64,000 bases of DNA from Tubiluchus corallicola (taxonomy: Eukaryota > Animalia > Priapulida), in contig JAQGDQ010000764.1 of the NCBI GenBank assembly GCA_030141605.1, positions 36,249-100,248 on the forward strand, read 5' to 3'. Made by a program: the position numbers and the translations under genes. The notes under the pieces are model-generated. The model was not told the origin of the DNA and did not search any database. It saw only the letters and a program-made list of their open reading frames with translations. This document shows, in pieces, positions 35,014-46,900 of the stretch. Each line of letters opens with the position of its first letter. Positions within the stretch are counted from its first letter, which is position 1.

Positions 35014-36981
35014 TCAATTCTCTTCGTTTTCGAAGAACAGGCGTGTCGCAGGTTTGTACATTGCTCTCCACTTTTCCAGTCTGTAACACAATTTGAAACA
35101 CAACATTGATGGTGTTGTACATATTAATGCATATGTTGTTAATATTATGCACTGTAATAAATTATTATGATAAAAATTTTAAATGAAACGTACATATAAT
35201 CTTCAGCCTGCAGACCTAGGTATATGTACATGTATACTCTTCGATCGTCAAGCCAAGTCGATCGTCGATCGTTTCGCTTCTTTGGCCGTCCATGCACAGC
35301 ACATAGAGTCTCAATAGCTTCGCCTAAAATGAAAAGAAAAAAACTATTCACGAAGATGTGTATGAACCTATTTTAACACTATAATTTATTTAATTACTCA
35401 TTTGTTTATTCACTGCCACACACATCAAACAAAAACGCAAAAAAGAGGTTGCAATTACACAAGAACATCATAAAACCATACAAGACAGTATTTTTGACGG
35501 ACATGTATAAGATGTGTAGATTATGGAGTATATATAGTAAATTATCTAGCTGCTTGAATAAACCTACTAGATATCAATGTATCGGCAAACCAACCTTAAC
35601 AAACCAATAAACGTAGCATCACATTATAGGGTTTACATAAGCTATGGAAAAAAATTACAAATCCGGTGAGTTCCAAAGCCTAATAATATGGATCGTATGG
35701 CGAATTAATGTTCATAGTCAGTGATCTTTGGACCTATTTGACAAATGGATGGGTGACAATCAGAAAATTGTTGTTCTGAGCAGTCTTAAGATCAAGTAAG
35801 AAGTTTAAATAGCAAACATGATATATGCAAAAACAAAAACAAGATACCAGTGCGGGATCCTTCATTATAGTATCCTTCAAGGTCAAGATCCCGCAATGAC
35901 TTTCTTTTCCATTTTCTGCCACACCTAAATTAATGAGCGCATAATTACACATTAATTGCTGTTAGAAACTGAAATATAAGTTCCTATTCTAATCTAACGA
36001 CATTCATATGCAAACACAGACTAATATGTATGGGCATAACTGAATATTACCAGGAACCCTTATTTCACAATGGCTTACACACACACAAGTACTAGCTTGC
36101 CTTTTGTTCATTCCCGTAATGATTAGCGCGCCAGCTTTCTCTGATGTAAAAAACTTTCTACAGGGTGGGCGGGAAATTTTGTCACCTGAAGATGAAGCTG
36201 CCCTGACATATGTGGCTCCACGTAATGAACGTAAGAAAGCAGATTAAGAGTCTGTAACTTCATCTAAAATCTACCACTGGCCACAGTTGAAAACATTAAA
36301 AATAAAGCAGGAAAGGGAATGATGAAAACGGGAAATCTACCAGACTAATAAGGTGTGTGCAACCCATCAAACTCAGCCCAATTTTACTCCTGCAGGATTA
36401 GAACTAAATGATAAAGTTCAAACAAGAACTGCAACGTCATGTCAAAATCTGAGTTATAACTCTCATTGCCTAACGAAACGACTCTACACGGTGTCATAAC
36501 ATCTCTCAGGATGAGTTGCACATCCACATTTTCCATCACTTCGATTTTTAAAACAGAATTCGACTATAGGAGCATTTATCCTATTTATCCTAAAGATACC
36601 ACCAGTTGGTCAATGGCTGCTTAGAATTATAATAGTTGCTTATTAGTTCAAAACATACAGGCGGTTTCTTTACCCAACAGCCCGCCTGGCGTCTGATTCC
36701 ACCCTCCTAGGCACAGGTTCACGTTAAACATGGTCTTTGGAACGGACATACATCGGGCAAGAATCTTTTTTCATATAATAGCAGTATTTAAATATTAAAA
36801 CAATTCGTGCTTCTTTTAGTAGTCGATACTTACCATAAATAAATCAGTATCGATGTTATAACGACTATGGCTATTCCCATAGCAGCAATGCCCAGCTTGT
36901 AGGCTGAAAAAGTAAATAATTTAACTCTTATTATAAAATTGAAATACTATTCTTACCGATAGGAGCGTCGGTAATGTACAT
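35014..36981 (-). CDS. Unrecognised 122-aa single-pass membrane protein (5 coding exons)
   Basis: Exons 36981-36957, 36903-36834, 35924-35848, 35323-35194 and 35080-35014 are all GT-AG, phases 1/2/1/2 match, total 369 nt. Product: MYITDAPIAYKLGIAAMGIAIVVITSILIYLWCGRKWKRKSLRDLDLEGYYNEGSRTGEAIETLCAVHGRPKKRNDRRSTWLDDRRVYMYIYLGLQAEDYILEKWRAMYKPATRLFFENEEN*. Confidence 0.65.
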
Positions 36982-37116
36982 TCAAAGTGCTGCAAAACAA
37001 AGAATGAGTCCGTTATCATTTACATCGCAAAAGCGCATCAGCTGTAACAAGACTATAAGCATTAAAAATAAGAAAATCAAACTTGGATTATGAGTAATTA
37101 ATAATTTTAAATTAAT

Positions 37117-37570
37117 GAGTGAGTGAGTGAGTGAGTGAGTGAGTAGGTAAGTAGGTAAGTAAGTAAGTAACTAAGTAAGCAAGTAAGTAAATAGATGATT
37201 AGTATATGACTATTAATTTTCACAATTATACTATAATTATATAATTAACTACAGTGGTGGATTACGTACTTAGTTTATAGTTAGTTTTTGGTTAGTCAGT
37301 CAGTCAGCTAAGAAGGAAGGTAGGTCGGTAAGTAGGTAGGTAGGTAGGCAGGCAGGTAGGTAGGTAGGTAGGTACGTAGGCAGGTCGATCACTCGTTTGG
37401 TTGGTCGATCGGTCGGCAGGTAGGTAGGTTAGGCAGGTAGGTGGCTGGGTGGGTGGGTGGGTTTTTAGGTAGGTAGGCAGGCAGGTATGTAGGTACGTGG
37501 GTAGGTAAATAGGGAGGTAAGTAAGTAGGTAAGCAGTCGTTAGGTAGGTAGGTAGGTGAGGTGAGTGGAT
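37117..37570. repeat. Compound (GAGT)/(GTAA)/(GTAG)n microsatellites
   Basis: Read directly; explains the PTYL ORFs at 37304-37607. Confidence 0.9.
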
Positions 37571-37734
37571 CATTTGGTATATAAATAGTAGGTACCAATA
37601 AAGGCATTGACTTTACCTTAACGTATATATATATATATATATTGATCGCACATATATTATTTTATGAGAAAGCCCAATCCGAGCAAAATGTCAGTTTTCT
37701 TTTATTTTTTTTTGCTAACAACAGGAAATGTAAG

Positions 37735-37965
37735 CAGGGCCTATTTCAGCCCAAGCGAGGCCCGGGGAAGTGGGGTGTGTGAGGCCTCCTCGGGGCTTCA
37801 GAAAATTTTTGAACTGCTGGAACACCGGAGAAGCATTTTCGGAGAAAAATTGTGGAGTTATACAGTATGTTCGCATAAAGCAAAAAAAATAATGTTACCT
37901 TAGCGCGATGTCCCCCTGGAGGGTGAGGCCCCGGGGAAGTATCCCCCCCCTTGAAATAGGCCCTG
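37735..37965. mobile_element. MITE with TIR CAGGGCCTATTTCA; partial related copy at ~31690-31780
   Basis: CAGGGCCTATTTCA...TGAAATAGGCCCTG; the gaggcccc..ggaagtatcccc..ttgaaataggccc end is shared with the 31.7-kb fragment. Confidence 0.8.
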
Positions 37966-40639
37966 CTTAGAGGAACTGGGTGAAATGGATATACAGGACT
38001 TTAATCGAATAATTTTACAAATTTGCACACATAGCGAATGATGTGAAATGCAGATTTTCAAATGTGAAAGGCAAGTTATCAGACACTATCGTTGTCCTAT
38101 AAGCAAGAGGAACTTGAAATCTATAAAAAGTTGGGTTTCTTGCCCACTGGAAGCCGTATGTTTGTATTATGCTTACACATAGAAAAAATACTGGCAATCG
38201 TCAGTTTTTCAATTGTGCATGATTTTATATACACATTCAAGTAGCCTCCCTAGCTGATGGAAGTGTCGCTTTGATTATTTTTGATAATGTCTTGAGTTGT
38301 AAACATTGAGCTTCGACAATAACATTGAATGTTAGTAGAAAGCTCCCAAAAAGAATAATTTTTGCAAAATTTCGTTGTCTTGTAAAAAAATGAACACACA
38401 GGGATGCTCAGTTAGTCTCAGAAAGAGAAAATTCAAAATGAGCTACATGAAATAGCCTCGGAAAATACCGCACCCAATCTTCAACTGTAGGTCAAAACAA
38501 GCAACTCTTTAAATTGAAGGGCAACATACTATTTTTGCAAAAATGACTTACGTGAAAAAATTATTTCCAAAGAAACACAATTTTGCGCCTGCATACCGGA
38601 AACGCATTGTACAGAAACAGGTGCTGTATTTCTCAGCTCAGTGTTAGTTTGTGACGAGCTACACACGTTCGACAGCTTATGCGTAAGCACTGCGGTAAAT
38701 TTGAAATTTGAATTTTTATCTTGAAACATGTCTAGTTTTAGCACAACATATTGAATATCTTACAGTAGCACTGTACTTCAATTTTCTCGTTCGCAAAGAT
38801 GTGCAGCACGCTCTTGAAATGTTTTTGCTGTTGAAAATTATTAGTTAGTTTGTGATGTCATCAATAGTTGGGCTCGCCCGCCGTTAATTAAGATTTTAAT
38901 CAATTATTTAATTATCAGAAACGTTTTTTCAGTATTAATTATTTTAAAATGTATACTTTTTATCCAACTTGAAAATGGGGCGGTATATGAAAAATCATCC
39001 TGTCTTCCTTTAAAGAAGTGAGAAACTTTATCACCTGTTGAAAGTAACGTCTTCGTCTTTTTGCATTCTATTGAAGAAATCAAGAACTTTTCTTAATCTC
39101 CTGCGCTGCGTACTATTATAGTAACACTCTGACTCTTAGTCATGGTGCTTTCCTCCATGACGTTGTTCATGTTTTTATCATTGGAGTCACTGGTGTTGTT
39201 GTTGTTTTGACGACGACGGCGATGATGATGATGCTTTGCATCCGTACAATCTAAGCTATTAAGAACAGAGTCCTGTATCATATACTAAAATACAAACAAA
39301 CCAAAAGACAAGTGGAACCTATCCAGCCTACAACCAATACAAATCTATAATATTTTAGTAACGCAGACTTTTTGGGTAGTTTAAGGATTTAATGGTTAGT
39401 GCTTGTACAATTTGTGGATAAAGCTTCATCTCGGCCTGTACAGAACATAACAGATGATGGAGTACAGCGGAGTGTGTGGGCGCTTGATTCTTCGGCAGTT
39501 CGGCTCTTCTTTTGAATATAGATGGCGCAAGAATCGATGTAGTTGCCACGTTGGATTAACGTTGGAAGAAAATGGTTTGTCAGTTTATTTGTCTTTTCGT
39601 TAAAGCTGCTACTTAACAGGTTTATCTTTTCAGTGCAGGTCTGAATACCATTTTTAGCATTAAGATTACTTAGTTTGCACGTTATAAATTTTGTTTTTAT
39701 GTCTGTAACTAACCACCAAATGAGATTTTGAAAGATTGGACTGGTGTCAGGATTCGTATATCAATTGGTTGTAGAGTCGTCAATACGACTATTTTCATGA
39801 AGAGTTGTCTAAATCATTACGTCAGAGTCAAGACTTTGTTTTTTATAATATTCAAATTCCCACAGTTTCAATGATTGTCAGTGAGTATATCTATCAGTTA
39901 TGCTTAGTATTTGCAACAGTGTGCTTTTGATTCATCTTTCTCTCTGTATTGTCTGTGCTTTTGTTATTGTTTTTTCTCTCTCCCTCTTCCTTCTCCCTCC
40001 CTCCCTCTTCAAGATAACTACTATGTGAGTGATATTTCCCTATCGCTCTCAGAATAGCCACTGAGCTGAGTCGTGCAAGACATGTGCTAGTTAGGCAGTG
40101 ATGTGCAGAGAGCCAGCGACTTATTTCGTAGTCTAAAAGTGATGCTGGAAATTCCGTTGAGTTATTGAGTTTTCTGTACTGATTCTTAATGCAATAGAAT
40201 AATTTGCTGTACAGTATTGCAATGTAGTGATAAAACATGCTAAGTTGATAGTTTAATACCACTAATAAACGCAAGTTTTATGCTTTCAAGCTATACTTTG
40301 TAGTACCGGCCCATCTGACAAGTTTACAGAATGTAACTATACATTTTAAATTCATAAATAAACTAATTAAAGTCATTCTGAGTCATCGATAAAGCTTTAA
40401 CCAAGTTTTATGACACTCGATGTATACCTGTTAGCTATATCAAGTATGTTAAGAGTGCGGCATTTTGCCGAAGAAACTAGTCAAGTTGAACAACGAACAA
40501 AATTTATAAGCAAAACCTAAGAAAGCTAAAATATAATGCTTGACAATTACATTTATGTTGGAAAATTAGCTGGGTGGACAATTATTTAGATTTAGCTTCA
40601 TTTATCTGTAGTCATTTGGATTGATCGGTTTTGCGTAAC

Positions 40640-40878
40640 TAAGTTTCAAAACTATGAAATCGGACGTAAGATATTCATTTTCCCCGACGATTTCCACACA
40701 TATTTGGTTCTCCGACATCAAGCCTAATTCATGACGTATGGGGAAATCTCAATGTGTGTTCACCCTCTCTAGCCCTCTTTTGCCACATAATACTGTAAGT
40801 CGAGCTTGTGGACTGAACTTCAAAATGCTTCAAATACTTGAAATCTTATTAACTATTTATTGTTTTATTTTTTGATAG
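40640..40878 (+). promoter_or_regulatory. SEC31 promoter, 5' UTR exon and short UTR intron (40795-40878)
   Basis: act|gtaagt donor at 40795 and ttttttgatag acceptor at 40878, 70 nt before the ATG; TGACGT (CRE/UPRE-like core) at 40732-40737. Confidence 0.55.
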
Positions 40879-40948
40879 GTCACTTTATATCAGTGAAAAT
40901 AGTGTAAAGTGCAAGTTGCGAACTATATTTCTGCTATAAAGTACCAAG

Positions 40949-43900
40949 ATGAAGGTGAAAGTAATAGAAAGAACAGCCAATATGGCATGGTCACCTGCTG
41001 TGCAGCATCCGATTTACATCGCTGCTGGTACGGCAGCGCAACAACTAGATGCAACATTCAGGTAACATGCTATTAAATATATATATAATACGTACTCGCG
41101 TAACTGTATTGTGCAGTATTTAGTTTCACTTAAAAGGAATCCCTGTTTTGGTGTTGGCTGTTTGATTTGCTCTGAATTAGGGTGTATTATTCAGCGAAGT
41201 GGCAAAGTGATCGGCAATTTTGAAATTTTGTTATTCGATTATAATCTTGTTTTTGTAATTCGATATCACTATTAACCTTTGGTGATAATTTTTAGCATTT
41301 TAGCCATATTTATCAATGACTGCAGTAAAATGTAGCCTGTAAACTACTTCACGGCTTTTGTCGTTTTCTACTATTTTCGTACTCACAAGCTATTTTTATA
41401 GACGCGCATCACTTTTTCTGTAACTACTGTATAACTACATCACTACAAAACGTCACATAAGAACGAATTTGAAGTCTCCAGTTTGGCATCACTGTAGTTT
41501 GCAATTGTGCGCATTGTGTGAGGCGAGAAAAAGTGCAATAATTCCTTTATTTGTGCTAAAACACCGCCTTTAAAAAGTGCAATGATTCCCTTTATTTGTG
41601 CTAAAACACTGCCTTTAAAAAGTGCAATGATTCCCTTTATTTGTGCTAAAACACTGCCTTTAAAAAGTGCAACGATTCCCTTTATTTGTGCTAAAACACT
41701 GCCTTTAAAAAGTGCAATAATTCCTTTATTTGTGCTAAAACACTGCCTTTAAAAAGTGCAATGATTCCCTTTATTTGTGCTAAAACACTGCCTTTAAAAA
41801 GTGCAATAATTCCTTTATTTGTGCTAAAACAGTGCCTTTAAAAAGTGCAATAATTCCTTTATTTGTGCTAAAACACTGCCTTTAAAAAGTGCAATGATTC
41901 CCTTTATTTGTGCTAAAACACTGCCTTTAAAAAGTGCAACGATTCCCTTTATTTGTGCTAAAACACTGCCTTTAAAAAGTGCAATGATTCTTTTTATTTG
42001 TGCTAAAACACTGCCTTTAAAAAGTGCAACGATTCCCTTTATTTGTGCTAAAACACTGCCTTTAAAAAGTGCAATGATTCCCTTTATTTGTGCTAAAACA
42101 CTGCCTTTTCGTCAGTGTGTAATACGTATGTTTTGCAGTCTTCTAATATCTGAATATTAATAACTCATGTTTGTAATTTTATATTAATGGCATTGATTCG
42201 AATGTTTTTTAATCATTTTAGTACAAATGCTGCTTTGGAACTGTATCAGCTTAATGTTGCTGAACCCGGCTTAGATATGGACGTAAAGGGTAGTACCGCA
42301 GCTGATTTCAGGTACAGTAAGTTTTTTGATATGGCTGGCAATTGGTGTGCTACTTAGACGAAGCCAGTGTTGTGCAATAGATTTGTTTTGATGCCAGTGG
42401 GTTGCTGTGGTAATTTGGCCTTTTATTGGTGTAAAAAATTTTCATAAATTATTTTAGGTGACACTTAGATCACACTAACGGATAATACAATTCTAAAATT
42501 CACAAACAGTGAATTTTGAGGCGTTTTTTCAATAAATGCTCCCTAATAACACTTATTTGATTGGTTCCGGTTAGCATCTGAAAAATTTCTTAGTAAACCA
42601 TCTTAGAATTTTCAAGATCTTTTGCCAACAAGCTAGAAGCTATCATGAAGCTACAACAATCCACTGTCCCACCTGGGTCATTCCGGAAATGTTATAATAA
42701 AACTTATTAATGTAATTCTGTAATTTATTTTGTCAAATAAATGTTCTGTGTTTAATTAAATCCATCAGTTTTTTGCAAAACGTAAATGTTGTAACAGGCC
42801 TTGCCTTTAATTTTTAAAAGAAAATCATTGTCTACTGCAGAAGTTTAACTTTTCAAATTTTACTTATAACTTGGGGTTAGCGAATTTGTGACCTTTGAAC
42901 TTTGTATGCTAATCGAGTTCAAATTCACTTTTAAACATTCATTTTCGAATCACTATAAAAATGGCGTTACAAAGATCGTGCATGTTATTTGATTTTGTTT
43001 TAAAGTAAAAACACTAGTAATTTGCTTAAAAGTTGTGCACGGAAATTTCAGCTAAATTCTGCTGATCTCAAGATGTTTCAAACGTTTTAGTATTAAGCAG
43101 TTAAAGTGCTGAATTTTAGGTTTGAATAGAATTCGAACTAAAAAACTTGTTCGAATTCGAACGTTCGATGCTACTGGTAACATGACTTCTGTGTATAGTA
43201 AGATTAATATGTAAACTTGAATATTATTAGTGTTCTCTGAGCTGTTTGTGAAAATTTTATGATTTTATCCTGTAAAGTTACAGCCATTCAAAATTTCATT
43301 TTTTTCTAACCCTTTTGTTGATTATTGTGACCATTATGTTGTGATTATTCTGTTGTTATTTTTCTGACCAATGTTGATTATTATTGCGGTATAGATTTCA
43401 AAAATTGGCATGGACTTCTTATGGGCACAACGATACAGAAACACCAATGGGTGTTTTAGTGGGTGGAACTGATCACGGTGGCCTGATATTTTATAATCCA
43501 GAGAAACTGCTATCCGGGGGTGATGCTGTTATGTGGAAAAGCGAGAAACATTCTGGTGCTGTGTCTGCACTTGATTTCAATTGTTTCCAGGTAAAATTTT
43601 ACTTGTTATTTTGCTCCTGGCAGTTCGCTATTTTGATAAAATTCAAAACTGATAGTGATAAGAAAAGTCAATTTTTTAGATACTGCCAAATTTTTAGACT
43701 GCCATAATTTAACCATGAAAAATGTTTTGCCCGGCAGAATATGATTACTTCAAAAATGTTTGTCTTATTAGCAGTGAAAAATTGTGGTTTCTTCCCCGTT
43801 AATGGGGTCATTGTAAACTCATGTGACAGGAGAGCCTGAATTGTAGTTTTGAGAGAGTGGGGCAGCTTAAGTTGCTATGTTTATATAAAAGCAAAGTGCA

Positions 43901-46900
43901 ATGTGTTTTGTAAAGTAAAGCAAAGCTGCACACTTAAGATTAAGTATCTCTGTTTTTCAGCCAAATTTACTTGCTTCTGGTGCAAGTGATTCAGAAATAT
44001 ATATATGGGATCTGTGCAACTTGGGAACACCAATGACACCTGGTGCCAAATCTCAGGTACAGCATTTACAATTATTTTTAAGCTTTTATTTTCAAATACC
44101 GTGGAGGGTTAGGACTTTTGGAGAAGCAGTGTTCATATGTAGTATCAAAATGTTTTAATAGTGCATCACATAAAGAAAGGTATATCAATCAGTGTTTTAT
44201 GGAAATGGTGTTTGTGCAAACAGAATTTTGAAAATGGATTACTCTTGAAATTAATAGTTAGCCATCATTTAATAAGCGCGTGATAATTATTGACCAAGTT
44301 AATTTTTTTTATTAATAAAGATACAATAACTTGAGATACTAGTTGTTCTTTTCAGTAAATTCATGTTTATGTATGTAGAGAGAGACAATAACAGAAGAGA
44401 GAGAGAGAGAGAAAGAGGGAGGGAGGGAGAGAGAGGGGGAGGGGGAAAGGGTGGGGGAGAGAAGGTGGTAAAGGGAGGGAGAGGGAGAGACTGACAGAGG
44501 AGAGGAGAGGAGGGTGAACGGTTAAGAAAATACGAGAGAAATGTGTCACTGCTTCACGAATAGCCTTAAAAGCATTCTCAGTAACTGAGCACTTACTTAG
44601 AAGAAAGTTTACAACGGTCATTAAGATATCAGAAAAGCTTTTTTTCTTTTTTAAATTGCGCTTGTCTTGCTACTTTAAAATATTTACAATATCAGAGTTT
44701 ATGTGGTGGCAGTACTGGCTGCATTTAAAATATCTGTCGTGTTTACAACCATTCTTTTCAAACTGCATATTTCAGCCTTCAGATGACAGGACATGTGTCG
44801 TGGAATCTGTCGTGTTAATAACCATTCTTTTCAAACTGCATATTTCAGCCTTCAGATTAGGTGACATGCGTGTCATGGAATCTGTCGTGTTAATAACCAT
44901 TCTTTTCAAACTGCATATTTCAGCCTTCAGATGACGTGACATGTGTGTCATGGAATCTGTCGTGTTAATAACCATTATTTTCAAGTTGCATATTTCAGCC
45001 TTCAGATGACGTGACATGCGTGTCATGGAATCTGTCGTGTTAATAATCATTCTTTTCAAACTGCATATTTCAGCCTTCAGATGACGTGACATGTGTGTCA
45101 TGGAATCGACAAGTTCAACACATTTTAGCGTCTACATTCATGTCCAGATGTGTGGTCTGGGACCTGCGCAAGAATGAACCTATCATCAAAGTCAGCGACA
45201 GTACTGCTAGGGTATGTCAGTCTGAATTAATTTCATTTTTTATTAAAACAACAAGTTTCATTTACTGTGCCCATTAGCAAGTTTTCTAAATTAGAAAATG
45301 TGGCTAAGTTTTCACACAGAATTTACTCTGTATAAATACTCACATAGTACTCAAAAAGACTGTTTTCCGCGAATGGAAATAAATGGTCCATTGGGTATTG
45401 AACAGATGTGGCTAAGTTTTCACATAGAATTTACTCTGTATAAATACTCACATAGTACTCAAAAAGACTGCTTCCCACGAATGGAAATTAATGGTCCGTT
45501 GTGTATTGAACAGATGTGGCTAAGTTTTCACATAGAATTTACTCTGTATAAATACTCACATAGTACTCAAAAAGACTGCCTTCCACGAATGGAAATAAAT
45601 GGTCCGTTGTGTATTGAACAGATGTGGCTAAGTTTCCACATAGAATTACTCTGTATAAATACTCAAATAGTACTCAAAAAGACTGCTTCCCACGAATGGA
45701 AATAAATGATCAGCTGTGTATTGAACAGATGTGGCTAAGTTTCCACATAGAATTACTCTGTATAAATACTCACATAGTACTCAAAAAGACTGCCTTCCAC
45801 GAATGGAAATAAATGGTCCGTTGTGTATTGAACAGATGTGGCTAAGTTTTCACATAGAATTTACTCTGTATAAATACTCACATAGTACTCAAAAAGACTG
45901 CTTCCCACGAATGGAAATAAATGATCAGCTGTGTATTGAACAGATGTGGCTAAGTTTCCACATAGAATTACTCTGTATAAATACTCACATAGTACTCAAA
46001 AAGACTGCCTTCCACGAATGGAAATAAATGGTCCATTGTGTATTGAACAGATGTGGCTAAGTTTTCATATAGCATTTACTCTGTATAAATACTCACATAG
46101 TACTCAAAAAGACTGCTTACCACGAATGGAAATAAATGGTCAGTTGTGTATTGAACAGGGATGGCTAAGTTTTCACATAGAATTTACTCTGTATAAATAC
46201 TCACATAGTACTCAAAAAGACTGCTTCCCACGAATGCAAATAAATGGTCAGCTGTGTATGAACATAGTGAAATTTACCTATGTTAAAATATTCCATAGAG
46301 GAATTTGAACTCGGTGTTTGGTACATGAGTTATAATACATGAACGCAAGTACTAGAATGACTTATTCAATGCACAAACATAACAAACAAAATTTTAGACA
46401 TTTTCTCTAATACAGGAATGAAACGAATGAAAATATTGAAAAATAACGGCAATACGCAAAAACCGACAGCGACAAAAACTTATGTAGTTGGAAAACTTAG
46501 AATATTTTCCTATCAACCCTACCAACTGAAAAATGCCATGATTTTGTCTAGTCGTACGGGGGGGAAATGTGACCCCGCATTCTGAAACCTGATATACGCA
46601 GGCTGTTAGTCATGAATATCTTTGCATATGTAGTGGCATAATCAGCCGCAAAATGTACAACATTTTACTTTACAAACTAAAGGAGCTTACGAACTTTATT
46701 TATAATTTATTTACTGCTGTATTTCGAGACAAATTTTTTAAGCTCTATGTGAGTTGAAGTATTTCTTGTGCTTTAAGCTGACGTGTAGATGCATGTAGAA
46801 GCTGAATAAAGTAGATGATACATACATGTAGATGATGCAAAAGTAGATGTAGATTTAAGATAGATGATGCAAAAGTAGATGTAGATTCGAGATAGATGAG

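Noticed and set aside
36659-36989. Alternative reading of the orphan exons (..RLQAGHCCYGNSHSRYNIDTDLFMEGGIRRQAGCWVKKPP..)
   Set aside because: No start codon, it relies on weaker splice sites, and it lacks the coherent TM plus basic-cluster architecture of the preferred frame. Not fully excluded.
39355-39602. Short ORFs on both strands near 39.4-39.6 kb
   Set aside because: No recognisable motif and no consistent splice partners.
45298-46308. Repeated [22 protein letters not shown] ORFs
   Set aside because: Products of the 107/108-bp minisatellite, with frameshifts between units.
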